NCBI GenBank assembly: GCA_900769695.1
Contig: CAAGHO010000055.1
Coordinates: 2,900-66,899, forward strand
From: Bacilli bacterium
Lineage (GTDB): Bacteria > Bacillota_I > Bacilli_A > RF39 > UBA660
DNA: 64,000 nt
Direction: 5' to 3'
In this document: positions 46,933 to 57,711 of the stretch, in pieces
How the letters are laid out: each line of letters starts with the position of its first letter
Position numbering within the stretch: position 1 is the first letter of the stretch
The notes under the pieces: model-generated
What the model was told of the DNA's origin: nothing
The model's database searches: none
Seen by the model: only the letters and a program-made list of their open reading frames with translations
Program-made: the position numbers and the translations under genes

Positions 46933-47148
46933 TTATCTTGTATATGGTAATAATGCTATTGCACGTGCTCTTTTAATTTGTTGAGCAATATGTCTTTGAT
47001 GACATGCACAATTTCCAGTTACACGTCTAGGTAAAATTTTTCCTTTTTCATTAATATATTTTCTTAATGTTTCAGGATCTTTGTAATCTACAGTTTTACC
47101 TGTACACATCATACATACTTTTTTTCTTTTACGATAAAATTCTGCCAT
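46933..47148 (-). CDS. rpsR: 30S ribosomal protein S18
   Basis: [25 protein letters not shown]...[13 protein letters not shown]. Confidence 0.95.
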   Translation of the reverse strand: MAEFYRKRKKVCMMCTGKTVDYKDPETLRKYINEKGKILPRRVTGNCACHQRHIAQQIKRARAIALLPYTR

Positions 47149-47164
47149 AATTTATATCCTCCTT

Positions 47165-47650
47165 CTAGAATGGTAATTCATCATCACTTATTTCTATACT
47201 AGAGCCAAAATCTGCGAATGGATTGCTATCAACATTTGTACCAGTTGATTCTGGTGCTTTACCAAAATCGTATGGTGTTGGTTCTGTTGGTGTTGATACA
47301 TTTTGACTAGCCATTCCTTGATTATTATTTGAAGCCTTTGTTCCTAAAAATTCAACATTATCTGCAACTACTTCTGTTACATAACGTTTCTTTCCATCTT
47401 CACCATCATATGAACGAGTTTGAATTCTTCCATCGATAGCAACTTGACTTCCTTGAGTTAAATAATTTTTAACATTTTCAGCTTGTTTTCTCCAAACAAC
47501 TATATTAATAAAATCTGCTTCTCTTTCTCCAGCTTGATTAGTAAAATTTCTATTTACTGCTAAAGAAAATGATGCTACAGCAACATTGCTGCCTGTATAT
47601 CTTAATTCTGGATCCCTAGTTAATCTTCCTATTAAAAAAACTTTATTCAT
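47165..47650 (-). CDS. ssb: single-stranded DNA-binding protein
   Basis: MNKVFLIGRLTRDPELRYT OB fold and the C-terminal DDELPF tip. Confidence 0.96.
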   Translation of the reverse strand: MNKVFLIGRLTRDPELRYTGSNVAVASFSLAVNRNFTNQAGEREADFINIVVWRKQAENVKNYLTQGSQVAIDGRIQTRSYDGEDGKKRYVTEVVADNVEFLGTKASNNNQGMASQNVSTPTEPTPYDFGKAPESTGTNVDSNPFADFGSSIEISDDELPF

Positions 47651-47669
47651 GACAATTACCTCTTTCTTA

Positions 47670-47957
47670 TTAATCTTCTTTCTTTATTACTAAATGACGT
47701 AATACACATTCATTAATTCCAACAACACGATTGAATTCTTCAATAGCATCAGCTGAAGCTTCAACTACGAATAAGAAATAATATCCTGTCTTGAACTTGT
47801 TAATTTCATATGCTAAATCTCTTTGTCCCATTGCTTTTTCTTCTAAAACTTTAGCATTTTTAGAAGTTAAAACTGATTTTAATGATTCTGCAGTTTTCTT
47901 AATTTCTGCTTCTTCCATATCTGATTTAACAATGAACATAATTTCATATTTATTCAT
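47670..47957 (-). CDS. rpsF: 30S ribosomal protein S6
   Basis: YEIMFIV...LAYEINKFKTGYYFLF. Confidence 0.95.
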   Translation of the reverse strand: MNKYEIMFIVKSDMEEAEIKKTAESLKSVLTSKNAKVLEEKAMGQRDLAYEINKFKTGYYFLFVVEASADAIEEFNRVVGINECVLRHLVIKKED

Positions 47958-48072
47958 TTTTCTACACCTCCTTTTGGACTAATGACTCAAAATTTGAGTA
48001 AGGAGTATTTAAAATACTCGAGAGTATTATAACAAAATTTTGTTTGATTGTCTACTAATAATAATAAATATT

Positions 48073-49173
48073 TTAAACATTAAATCTAAAGTGACAAATG
48101 TCTCCATCTTGCATTAAATATTCTTTTCCTTCTAGTCTTGCTTTTCCTGCTTCTTTTACTTTTAATTCTGAGCCACAATCTATCAAATCAGTATATGATA
48201 TTACCTCTGCTCTTATGAAACCTTTTTCAAAATCTGTATGGATGATACCAGCACATTCTTTAGCATTCATTCCTTTTCTAAAGGTCCAAGCTCTTACTTC
48301 ATCTTTACCTACTGTGAAATAAGTTGCTAAACCTAAAATATCGTATGTTGCCTTAATTAAACCATCAAGTCCAGAATGTTCAAGTCCTAAAGCCTCTAAC
48401 ATTTCTTGTTTGTCATCTTTATCTAATTCACTTAAATCTTCTTCTGTTTTAGCACATAGGCTAACTACTTTGGCATTTTCTTTTTCAGCATAGTTTTTTA
48501 CTAATTTTACATATTCGTTATCTTCTTTACCTAGTTCTTCTTCATCAATATTAGCTAAATAAATAATAGGCTTAATTGTTAAGAAACTATATGATTTTAA
48601 TAGTTTTTTCTCATCATCACTAAAACCAACCTGTCTTAGTGGAATATTTTTCTCTAAAGCATCTTTTGCTTTTTCTAAAGCACTAACTTCTAATAGACTA
48701 TCTTTATCTTTTGTAGTTCTTGCTTTTTTTGATACTCTTTCTAAACGATTATTAATAATATCTAAATCTGATATAGATAGTTCCAAGTTTATAGTTTCTA
48801 TATCTCTTATTGGATCAACACTACCATCTACATGGATTATTTTAGAGTTATCAAAACATCTAACTACTTCTACAATAGCATCTACTTCTCTTATGTGTGA
48901 TAAGAACTTATTTCCTAGACCTTCTCCTTTACTTGCACCTTTTACAAGTCCTGCTATATCAGTAAATTCGTAAGCTGTTGGTATAAATCTATTTGGTTCA
49001 TACATTTCTTTTAATTTATCCATTCTTTCATCTGGTACTGTAACTACTCCAACATTTGGTTCAATTGTTGCGAATGGGTAGTTTTCAGCTAATATTTTTT
49101 GGTTTGTTATTGCATTAAATAATGTTGACTTTCCGACATTTGGAAGTCCTACTATTCCTGCTGTTAAAGCCAT
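48073..49173 (-). CDS. ychF: ribosome-binding ATPase YchF
   Basis: GIVGLPNVGKSTLFNA plus the TGS domain C-terminus (DGDICHFRFNV). Confidence 0.96.
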   Translation of the reverse strand: MALTAGIVGLPNVGKSTLFNAITNQKILAENYPFATIEPNVGVVTVPDERMDKLKEMYEPNRFIPTAYEFTDIAGLVKGASKGEGLGNKFLSHIREVDAIVEVVRCFDNSKIIHVDGSVDPIRDIETINLELSISDLDIINNRLERVSKKARTTKDKDSLLEVSALEKAKDALEKNIPLRQVGFSDDEKKLLKSYSFLTIKPIIYLANIDEEELGKEDNEYVKLVKNYAEKENAKVVSLCAKTEEDLSELDKDDKQEMLEALGLEHSGLDGLIKATYDILGLATYFTVGKDEVRAWTFRKGMNAKECAGIIHTDFEKGFIRAEVISYTDLIDCGSELKVKEAGKARLEGKEYLMQDGDICHFRFNV

Positions 49174-49292
49174 ATTATTACCTCTTTTCTTATATACTTT
49201 CTCTCTCGTCTTATTATATATTATTATTTATCCGATATCAAGTAAAGATAGTTTAATACACATAAAAACAAGACTAAAAAGCCTTGTTAAAT

Positions 49293-50888
49293 CTAAATTG
49301 TTGGATATACTCCAGGTCCTATTGGTAAACCTATTATATACCATCCTATTACTAGTAATAACCATGTAGCATAAATTATTCCTAAGTATGGTACTACCGT
49401 ACTTAAAGCTCTTCTAATAGTAATTGGTTTTGTTTTATCAAAATTATAAATATTTAAATATCCTATGTAGATTGCAAAACAACCAAGTAATGGAGTAATA
49501 CCATTTGTCATACAATCTCCTACTCTCATTACTATTTGAGCAAATTGAGCAGATATATTTGACTGCATAAACATAGGAACAATTACTGGAGAAAATATTT
49601 GCCATTTTGCTGCTGGCGTTGTTAAGAATAAATTTGATAAAGATATAAATACTAATGAAATTATAATTAATGGAATTCCACTAAACTTAGAATACTCAAT
49701 TAAATTTGCTAACCAAGCAGTGATAATTATACCAATATTAGTTCTTTTAAATATTGCAATAAACTGTGACACTACAAACATTAAGATAATTATATTTCCT
49801 ATTTTTGAAAAATAATTTGCTGTTTTTTCTAATAGTTCTTTATCATTTTTAATTGTTTTTGCACCTATTCCATAAGAAATACCCATAAATAGGAATAACA
49901 ATGACATCATATATGTAAATCCATCTTGGAAATAAGAATTTGGTCCAAATACTTGATTTAAGTATGTTACTTCTTTCATATCTAAAAGCATACCAGAATT
50001 AGGTAAATTAGGTATTACCATGTAGATGAATATTAAGATGACAACAATAAAACTAATTAAAGCAAAACGTAATCCTCTTTTTTGGCTTTTTTCTCTTTCT
50101 ATCTTATGTTGTTCCTCTTCTTCTAAGTCAATTATTCTTAATTCTTCTGTTTTTGATAAATCTTCTTTTATTTTATATTTTCCAAGTTTTGGACTAATAA
50201 ATTTTTCAATTATTATAGTTCCAATAATAGTTAATATAATTGTTGCAGCTATTATAAAGAATAAATTACAAGTTAAACTTATATGAGTTGTATCATCTAT
50301 TAATGCTGCAGCTATTTCAGTATAATCCATTAATGATACTTCCATAGAACCAACAAATATTGATACACCATAACCAAATGCTACTCCACAAAAGGCTGTT
50401 ACAATACCGGTAAGTGGATTTCTTCCATTTGTTGCGTAAATAAGAGCTACTAATGGTATTAGAATAGCATATCCTATTTCGTTTATTAATGAAGAAATTG
50501 TTGCGATAAATATAACAATAAATGTCATTTGAGCATGAGATAATTTTCTTACATATTTTCTTGAAAATGCTTCAATAAATCCAGTTGCCTCAGCTACTGC
50601 TAAACCTATAAGTGATATAAGTAATGTAACTAATGGAGTAAAACTAATAAAGTTAGTAGCTGCATTACTTATAATAAATTTCATTCCATCAAAACTAAGT
50701 AAATTTTCTACAGCTACAATAGTTGATTCTAATTCTTTAGTAGTTGCATTAACTGTATTATATGTAGCTTGCATTTCAAATAATGATAAAAATGCACTTA
50801 AAAGTACAACTATAAAACTTAATACTATAAATACAGTTATTGGATGAAAATAGAATTTTTTCAGTTTTAGTTTCTTCTTTTCTTTCAT
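49293..50888 (-). CDS. AbgT family (p-aminobenzoyl-glutamate-type) transporter
   Basis: 531-aa polytopic membrane protein. Its length and the KLKKFYFHPITVFI...N-terminal pattern are typical of AbgT/MtrF. Confidence 0.7.
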   Translation of the reverse strand: MKEKKKLKLKKFYFHPITVFIVLSFIVVLLSAFLSLFEMQATYNTVNATTKELESTIVAVENLLSFDGMKFIISNAATNFISFTPLVTLLISLIGLAVAEATGFIEAFSRKYVRKLSHAQMTFIVIFIATISSLINEIGYAILIPLVALIYATNGRNPLTGIVTAFCGVAFGYGVSIFVGSMEVSLMDYTEIAAALIDDTTHISLTCNLFFIIAATIILTIIGTIIIEKFISPKLGKYKIKEDLSKTEELRIIDLEEEEQHKIEREKSQKRGLRFALISFIVVILIFIYMVIPNLPNSGMLLDMKEVTYLNQVFGPNSYFQDGFTYMMSLLFLFMGISYGIGAKTIKNDKELLEKTANYFSKIGNIIILMFVVSQFIAIFKRTNIGIIITAWLANLIEYSKFSGIPLIIISLVFISLSNLFLTTPAAKWQIFSPVIVPMFMQSNISAQFAQIVMRVGDCMTNGITPLLGCFAIYIGYLNIYNFDKTKPITIRRALSTVVPYLGIIYATWLLLVIGWYIIGLPIGPGVYPTI

Positions 50889-50891
50889 AAA

Positions 50892-51086
50892 TTAACCTTC
50901 TTTTGCTATTACTTTTTTTATTTTTTTATTAAATTCAATTCTAGGAATAAAGATAGAACGATTACAATTAACACATTTTATCTTTATATCTGCTCCTAAT
51001 CTTGTTATTTCCCATTCATTACTACCACAAGGATGTTGTTTTTTCATAATAACATGAGAACCTAATTCGTATTCTTTATTTTCCAT
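50892..51086 (-). CDS. DUF951 family protein
   Basis: 64 aa (VIMKKQHPCGSNEWEITRLGADIKIKCVNCNRSI). The origin-proximal position is conserved in Firmicutes. Confidence 0.8.
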   Translation of the reverse strand: MENKEYELGSHVIMKKQHPCGSNEWEITRLGADIKIKCVNCNRSIFIPRIEFNKKIKKVIAKEG

Positions 51087-51894
51087 TGTGCACCTCTATT
51101 TGTGGATAAGGTATTTTTATATTTGCTTTATCAAAAGCTTGTTTTATTTCTTTTCTTAAAATTCTTTGAATATTGAAATACTCAGAAGTTGTTGTTTCTA
51201 AAGCTACTTTATAATTAACTGATGAAGCATCTAATTCATCTACACCAAGTACTACAAGATCTTTTTTTATCTTAGGATATTTTTTTCTTAATGTTGTGTT
51301 TAAATTATTAAGTGTTTTTTCTACTTTATCTAAATCTTCTTCATAAGCAACACAAATATCAACTACTGCTGTATTAGGTGCTAAATTATAATTAATAATT
51401 TCAGTTATTGTATGATTTGCTATTATTAAAGTTTGACCCTTAAAATTTTTAATTCTAGTTGTTCTTAAACCTAGTGCTACTACCTCTCCTGTAAAACCAT
51501 TAACTTCTATAGTATCTCCTATTTCATATTGATCTTCTAAAATTATTGATATTCCTGCAATTAAATCTTTTGCTAAATCTTGAAAAGCAAGTCCCACTAA
51601 AGCTGCTGTAATACCAAGTCCTGCTAGTATTGATTTCACATTAACTCCAAAATTTGCAAGTATAGCAACAAAAGTAACAACAATGATTGTATATTTAAAT
51701 ATGTTTAATACCAATCTTGAGATAGTTTTAGCTCGTTTTGCTTGATGACGCTTAGATGTGTTTTTCTTTTCAGCTCTATCAACTATATTTTTAATAATTT
51801 CATATATAATCATACCTATTAATATATATACAATAGGCCATACTAATTTCATTATTTCTTCGGCGTATTTATCTAAAATATTCAATGAATCCAC
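51076..51894 (-). CDS. small-conductance mechanosensitive channel (MscS family)
   Basis: 3 TMs plus the beta-domain motif GDTIEVNGFTGEVVALGLRTTRIK. Confidence 0.85.
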   Translation of the reverse strand: MDSLNILDKYAEEIMKLVWPIVYILIGMIIYEIIKNIVDRAEKKNTSKRHQAKRAKTISRLVLNIFKYTIIVVTFVAILANFGVNVKSILAGLGITAALVGLAFQDLAKDLIAGISIILEDQYEIGDTIEVNGFTGEVVALGLRTTRIKNFKGQTLIIANHTITEIINYNLAPNTAVVDICVAYEEDLDKVEKTLNNLNTTLRKKYPKIKKDLVVLGVDELDASSVNYKVALETTTSEYFNIQRILRKEIKQAFDKANIKIPYPQIEVHNGK

Positions 51895-51906
51895 CTCTTT
51901 TTATTT

Positions 51907-52827
51907 TTATTTATCTAAATTCATAATTTCTAATAATCTATTTAAATCATTGACATTAGTAAACTTAATTTCTAATTTGTTAGATTTAATCTTTACTTTT
52001 GTACCTAGTTTTTCACTTAATGATTCTTCTAGATATTGATATTCATTTTCTTTCTTTTCTTTATGTGGTTTAAATGTTTTATTTTTTCTTTCATAATTTT
52101 CATCACTTGATGTAATTTCTTCTAGTTCTCTAACACTTATTCCTTGAGATATAATTTTATCTGTTAATTCACTTATTTGATTTTCATCTTTTAATTTAGA
52201 AAGAACTCTAGCATGTCCCATACTTATTTCTTTTTGACTAATTAAATTTTGAGTTAGAGTTGGTAATGTAAGTAATCCTAGCATATTAGTAATGTGGCTT
52301 CTACTTTTACCAATTCTTTCTGCTAATTGTTCTTGTGTTAAATTAAGATTTGTTAGTAAATTTTTATAAGCATTAGCTTCTTCAATAGCATTTAAATTTT
52401 CTCTTTGTAAGTTTTCAAGTAATGCTATTTCCATCATTTCATTATCTGAAAAGTCACGAACTATAGCTGGAACTTCTTTTAATCCTGCAAGTTTTGATGC
52501 TTTAACTCTACGTTCACCTGCTATTATTTCATAACCTTTAATACTTTTTTTAATAATTATTGGTTGGAATACTCCATGCTCCTTAATTGATGAAGCTAAC
52601 TCTTTTAGTGCTTCTTCATCAAATACTTTTCTTGGCTGATATGGATTTGAACGTAATTCAGCTATTGGTACTTTAATTATTTCTTCTTTTGGAGTTTCTG
52701 TTATTATTTTTTCTTCTATTTTATTATAGTCTAATGGTTCATTATTAAATAATTCTTCTAGTCCTCTACCAAGAGCTCTTCTTTTTATACCATTATTATT
52801 ATTTGTATTAGTTTCCATTTCTCTCAA
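51907..52827 (-). CDS. parB: chromosome partitioning protein ParB/Spo0J
   Basis: NPYQPRK, EIIAGERRVKASKLAG, HTH, and a C-terminal dimerisation domain. Confidence 0.92.
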   Translation of the reverse strand: MREMETNTNNNNGIKRRALGRGLEELFNNEPLDYNKIEEKIITETPKEEIIKVPIAELRSNPYQPRKVFDEEALKELASSIKEHGVFQPIIIKKSIKGYEIIAGERRVKASKLAGLKEVPAIVRDFSDNEMMEIALLENLQRENLNAIEEANAYKNLLTNLNLTQEQLAERIGKSRSHITNMLGLLTLPTLTQNLISQKEISMGHARVLSKLKDENQISELTDKIISQGISVRELEEITSSDENYERKNKTFKPHKEKKENEYQYLEESLSEKLGTKVKIKSNKLEIKFTNVNDLNRLLEIMNLDK

Positions 52828-53593
52828 TCACTTCCTTAGCTAAGTTTAAGTAAGCCTCTGAACCTCTACTTTTTGGATCATATGCTATTATTGGTTCACC
52901 ATGAGATGGTGCTTCAGTTAGGCGAATCAATCTTGGAATTATTGTATTATAAACTCTTTCTTTAAAAAATTTACGAATATCTTCTACTACTTCAAATCCT
53001 AAGTTAGTTCTTGAATCTAACATTGTAAGTAAAACACCTTCAATATCTAACTCTGGATTTAATGACTTTTGAGCTAACATAATTGTATTTAAAAGTTGCA
53101 TAATTCCCTCTAATGCAAAGAATTCACATTGAACTGGAATGATTACCGAATTTGATGCTGTTAAAGCGTTAGTTGTAATTATTCCAAGTGATGGAGGGCA
53201 ATCAATTATTATAAAATCATAATTATCTCTTACGCTTTCTAAATGTTGTTTTAATTGTTCTCCTTTAGAGAATCCTGGTTCATTTTGACTTTTTTCTAAT
53301 AATTCAATATCTAATCCTGCTAAATTTATAGTTGCAGGAATAACTGATAAATTTTTATATTTTGTTTTAATTGTAGCTTGTTCTATACTACATTTTCCTA
53401 TTAAAACATCATAAATACTTGTTTCTATATCACCTTTGTTGATTCCAACCCCAGTTGTTGTATTTCCTTGAGGATCTAAATCAATTAATAATACTTTTTT
53501 ACCTAGTACTGCTAGTGATGCAGAAAGATTAATACTTGTTGTAGTTTTTCCGACTCCACCTTTTTGATTAACCAAAGAAATTATCTTTCCCAT
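52808..53593 (-). CDS. parA: chromosome partitioning ATPase ParA/Soj
   Basis: Deviant Walker A NQKGGVGKTT, IIIDCPP. Confidence 0.95.
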   Translation of the reverse strand: MGKIISLVNQKGGVGKTTTSINLSASLAVLGKKVLLIDLDPQGNTTTGVGINKGDIETSIYDVLIGKCSIEQATIKTKYKNLSVIPATINLAGLDIELLEKSQNEPGFSKGEQLKQHLESVRDNYDFIIIDCPPSLGIITTNALTASNSVIIPVQCEFFALEGIMQLLNTIMLAQKSLNPELDIEGVLLTMLDSRTNLGFEVVEDIRKFFKERVYNTIIPRLIRLTEAPSHGEPIIAYDPKSRGSEAYLNLAKEVIERNGN

Positions 53594-53684
53594 TCTATCA
53601 CCTTTCTTCTTTTACTTATTACATTGTATCAAAAAACACTTCTTTTTGAAATGTTTTTAGGAAAAAAAGTAGATTTATCTTTCT

Positions 53685-55058
53685 CTACTTTTCTAACTTT
53701 ATAACTATTTGATATGAATTTTCTAAACTCATTTCGTCTTTTTCAACTTTTATTCCCATATTTTCTATTTGAGATAAGCTGTTTCTAATTATTTCAATGG
53801 CACTATTCATTGGATTTTCTTCTATTATTCCATTCACTTTCTTTTTTAAATCTTCATCAGTAAAACTTACTCCATTAACATTATTAGTTTGAACAGAATC
53901 AGGTAGGTTAACCGCTACTAAATCTGGTGCTTTAAAATAATCTTCTGTTTTATTGCTTGTTATATTTTTTTCGCTTTCTTTGATTGCTTCTTGTGCTGGA
54001 GAAAAAAACTTAAATTCAGATGCATCTTTTTCATCAGAATTATTTAAAGCTATAGGATTATCTATCTTTAATAAACTATCTAATCCTTCATTTTCTGAAA
54101 TTGAATTAGAATTTATATCACTAGCTTCTTCTTTCAATTTATTAATATCAATAGAAGTATTACCATTTATTTCATCTTCATCAGTTTCATCTTCTTTTGA
54201 AATTTCTCCAAAATTTATAAATTTAGGTTGCCCACTTTCATCATCACCATCATCTTGATTTAGTTCTTTTGTATTACTTGGGATATTGGTTAAAATTGGA
54301 GTATTTAAATCATTATTTTCTCCATCAAAATTTGGCATAATCGGATTTATTGGAATATAATTAGATTCTGTTGGAACATCTTCATTTCTAGGTAAGTCTA
54401 AAACTTCTGAATTTGATTTATTTTCATTTAAATTTAACACTTCTTTTTCCTCTTCTTTTGAATCACCCTTTATTAAGTTTTCAACTTGTCTAACAGTTAA
54501 TCTTTCATCTATTATCTTTTTTAACATATTCTTTTGTTCTTGTGGTGTTTTTAAATTTAATAAAGTTCTAGCATGACGTTCTGAAATATTTTCTTTTAAT
54601 AGGGCATCTTGTACTTCTTCTGGTAAAGATAATAATCTTAATTTATTAGCTACAGCTGATTGACTTTTTCCCATGGTTTTAGCAAGTTCTTCTTGAGTCA
54701 TTTGATCAAGTTCTAATATTTTTTGATAAGTTTTTGCTTCTTCAATAGGATTTAAATTTTTTCTTTGTAAATTTTCAAGTAATGCTACTTTTGAAGTCTC
54801 TTTATCATCTAAATCTCTAATAATTGCTGGTATCTTTGTTAAACCTGCTAAGGCTGAGGCTTTATATCTTCTTTCTCCTGCTATTATTTCATATTTATCA
54901 TTAACTTTTCTAACAATAATTGGTTGAATTACTCCGTGTTCTTTAATTGATACAGCTAATTCTTTTAAAGGTCTTTCATCAAAAACTTCACGAGGTTGAA
55001 ATCTATTTGGAATAATGTCATCTAAGTATAAATATACTACTTCTTCATTTGATTGCAT
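53685..55058 (-). CDS. ParB-family protein in the Noc position with a long acidic low-complexity extension
   Basis: The N-terminal 200 aa form a ParB/Noc-like fold (NRFQPREVFDE, EIIAGERRYKASALAG, HTH, ISERHARTLL). About 200 aa of D/E/N/S-rich sequence and a short C-terminal domain follow. 457 aa in total. Confidence 0.75.
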   Translation of the reverse strand: MQSNEEVVYLYLDDIIPNRFQPREVFDERPLKELAVSIKEHGVIQPIIVRKVNDKYEIIAGERRYKASALAGLTKIPAIIRDLDDKETSKVALLENLQRKNLNPIEEAKTYQKILELDQMTQEELAKTMGKSQSAVANKLRLLSLPEEVQDALLKENISERHARTLLNLKTPQEQKNMLKKIIDERLTVRQVENLIKGDSKEEEKEVLNLNENKSNSEVLDLPRNEDVPTESNYIPINPIMPNFDGENNDLNTPILTNIPSNTKELNQDDGDDESGQPKFINFGEISKEDETDEDEINGNTSIDINKLKEEASDINSNSISENEGLDSLLKIDNPIALNNSDEKDASEFKFFSPAQEAIKESEKNITSNKTEDYFKAPDLVAVNLPDSVQTNNVNGVSFTDEDLKKKVNGIIEENPMNSAIEIIRNSLSQIENMGIKVEKDEMSLENSYQIVIKLEK

Positions 55059-55194
55059 ATTTGATACCTCCCTTTATTCTTTTATTCTATTATAGATTAT
55101 AACATGAAATAATTTTTTTGAAAAGTATTGTCAGTAAATAAAAAAGAAAAGTATACTATCTATTCATATATATTATAGATATTTTTTACTTTTC

Positions 55195-55830
55195 TTACTT
55201 TTTTCTTATTACAACAAGGGCTCTATTACTATTTTCTTTTGGCAAATTAAATTTTTCTATATTTTCTACTAGACAATTATTTTTAGTTAAAGTTTTATCA
55301 ATACCAACTAACTCATCATCTACATTAGCTTTCATAGCAACAAAAAGTTGATTTTTTCCTATTAAATGAGAACACCAGTTAATAAGTTTATCAAGTCTTG
55401 CGACTGCTCTTGCTACTACTAAATCAAATGTCTCTTTATAATCTTCACTTCTTGTATGAATAGCCTTAATATCTTCTAATCCTAAACTTTCAATAGTTCT
55501 ATTTAAATAATTAACACGTTTTTGCAAAGAGTCTATTAAAACTACTTTAAGATTTGGAAAAACTATTTTTAAAACTATTCCAGGAAAACCTGCTCCACTT
55601 CCTACATCACATAAGGTATTTATTTTTGAAAAATCAACTACTTTAACAATAGTCAAACTATCATAGAAATGTTTTAAATAAACATCTTCTTTTTCTGTAA
55701 TTCTAGTCAAATTGATTTTTTTGTTTTCTTCAATCAAAATTTTATAAAATTCTTCTAATTGAGATTTTTGTTTTTCTGTTAAAACTATTCCTAATTTTGA
55801 TAACTCTTTTTCAAATTCTTCTTTATTCAT
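55195..55830 (-). CDS. rsmG: 16S rRNA (guanine527-N7)-methyltransferase
   Basis: DVGSGAGFPGI SAM motif. Position between mnmG and noc. Confidence 0.93.
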   Translation of the reverse strand: MNKEEFEKELSKLGIVLTEKQKSQLEEFYKILIEENKKINLTRITEKEDVYLKHFYDSLTIVKVVDFSKINTLCDVGSGAGFPGIVLKIVFPNLKVVLIDSLQKRVNYLNRTIESLGLEDIKAIHTRSEDYKETFDLVVARAVARLDKLINWCSHLIGKNQLFVAMKANVDDELVGIDKTLTKNNCLVENIEKFNLPKENSNRALVVIRKK

Positions 55831-57703
55831 TGTTACCTCTTCTTTTTAAATAAACCATAAGAATTGAAATATCAGCAGGATTAACTCCACTAATTCTTAG
55901 AGCTTGGGCTATTGTTGTTGGTTTTATTTCATTTAATTTTTGTCTTGCTTCACTAGCAATATTTGGAATTTTATCATAATCAATATCATCAGGTATTATT
56001 TTCTTTTCTAAATCTAGCATTTTTTCAGCTTCTTTATTTGCTTTAGCAATATAACCTTGATATCTTGTATTTATTTCTACTTGTTCTAATACTTCATCAT
56101 CATAATCTAATTTGATAAAATGTTTTATATTTTCAATTGAAATTTCTGGTCTTTTTAATAAATCATATAAAGTAATACCATCTTTTAGTGTTGAACTATC
56201 AATTGATGATAGATATTCATTAACTTCTTTTTTAGGGGTAATTTTATTTTCTTTTAGAATTTTATAAACAGTTTCAATATCTTGTTTTTTCTTATTAAAT
56301 AGTTGATATTGTTCTTCATTTATTAAACCAACTTGATAACCATAATCTCTAAGTCTCATATCAGCATTATCATGTCTTAAAAGTAGACGATATTCAGCAC
56401 GTGATGTTAATAATCTATATGGATCTTTTACTCCTTTTGTTACTAAATCATCTATTAATACTCCAATATAAGATTCGTTTCTCTTTAGAATTAAAGGAGA
56501 TTTTCCTTCTAATTTTAAAGCAGCATTTATACCTGCTATTAATCCTTGGCCTGCGGCTTCTTCGTAGCCACTTGTACCATTTATTTGACCTGCAGTATAT
56601 AGTCCTTCTACTAATTTTGATTCTAGACTTTGCTTTAATTGTTTAGAATCAATTGCGTCATATTCTATGGCATAAGCATATTTTATAATCTTGGCATGTT
56701 CTAATCCTTGTAAGCTGTGAACCATTTCTTCTTGAATATTTTCAGGCATACTAGTAGAAAATCCTTGTACATAAATAGTGTTTCCATAATCAGGATCATC
56801 TTCTACATTACTTTCTGGTTCTAGGAATAATTGATGACGTTCCTTATCACTAAATCTTACTACTTTATCTTCTATTGATGGACAATATCTTGGACCAATA
56901 CCTTCTACATATCCACCATACATACTTGATTCTTTTAAATGATTTTTAATGATTTGATGTGTTTTATCATTTGTATAGATTAAATGACATGGAGTTTGAT
57001 CTTTATAGTCATAATATACTTTATTATCATATGAGAATGTTAAAACTCTATCGTCACCTGCTTCTAGAGATGTTTTTTCATAATCTATTGTTGATTTATC
57101 TACTCTTGGTGGTGTTCCAGTTTTAAGTCTTAAAATATTAAATCCTAATTCTTTTAGCTTTGTTGATAAGAATTTTGAATCTCTTTCACCATGTGGTCCT
57201 CCTGGTGTTTTATTTGCTCCTACTAGAATCATTCCACGTAAATATGTACCTGTTGTTAATACAACAACGTCAGCTTCTACTTTAGTACCATCTTCTAAGA
57301 TAACACCTTTAATTTTATTATCTTCTACCATTAAATCTTCAACTAATGATTCTTTTATATCTAAGTTTTTTTCTTGTTTTAAAGTTTTTAACATTTCTTT
57401 TGGATAAATATTTTTATCTTCTTGAGCACGCAATGCTTGAACAGCTGGACCTTTTTTTGTATTTAACATTTTCACTTGAATAGCTGCTTTATCTGCATTT
57501 TTACCCATTTCTCCACCTAAAGCGTCTATTTCACGAACAACAATTCCCTTAGCTGGACCTCCAATTGCTGGATTACATGGCATATCTGCAATATTTTCAA
57601 TACTACCTGTTATTAATAAAGTTTTATGATTTTTTCTTGCTATTGCTAAAGAGGCTTCACATCCTGCATGTCCTCCACCAACTACTATTGCTTCATATTT
57701 CAT
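55823..57703 (-). CDS. mnmG: tRNA uridine 5-carboxymethylaminomethyl modification enzyme MnmG
   Basis: MKYEAIVVGGGHAGCEA FAD motif and GYEEAAGQGLIAG. The start at 57703 is preferred over the track start at 57727. Confidence 0.95.
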   Translation of the reverse strand: MKYEAIVVGGGHAGCEASLAIARKNHKTLLITGSIENIADMPCNPAIGGPAKGIVVREIDALGGEMGKNADKAAIQVKMLNTKKGPAVQALRAQEDKNIYPKEMLKTLKQEKNLDIKESLVEDLMVEDNKIKGVILEDGTKVEADVVVLTTGTYLRGMILVGANKTPGGPHGERDSKFLSTKLKELGFNILRLKTGTPPRVDKSTIDYEKTSLEAGDDRVLTFSYDNKVYYDYKDQTPCHLIYTNDKTHQIIKNHLKESSMYGGYVEGIGPRYCPSIEDKVVRFSDKERHQLFLEPESNVEDDPDYGNTIYVQGFSTSMPENIQEEMVHSLQGLEHAKIIKYAYAIEYDAIDSKQLKQSLESKLVEGLYTAGQINGTSGYEEAAGQGLIAGINAALKLEGKSPLILKRNESYIGVLIDDLVTKGVKDPYRLLTSRAEYRLLLRHDNADMRLRDYGYQVGLINEEQYQLFNKKKQDIETVYKILKENKITPKKEVNEYLSSIDSSTLKDGITLYDLLKRPEISIENIKHFIKLDYDDEVLEQVEINTRYQGYIAKANKEAEKMLDLEKKIIPDDIDYDKIPNIASEARQKLNEIKPTTIAQALRISGVNPADISILMVYLKRRGNNE

Positions 57704-57711
57704 TTTTATCA

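Noticed and set aside
47958-48072. Structured rpsF (S6:S18-binding) leader upstream of rpsF
   Set aside because: Two hairpins are visible on the minus strand (GAGTATTT/AAATACTC and ACTCAAA/TTTGAGT). I cannot verify the conserved motif from memory, so I did not call it as a feature.
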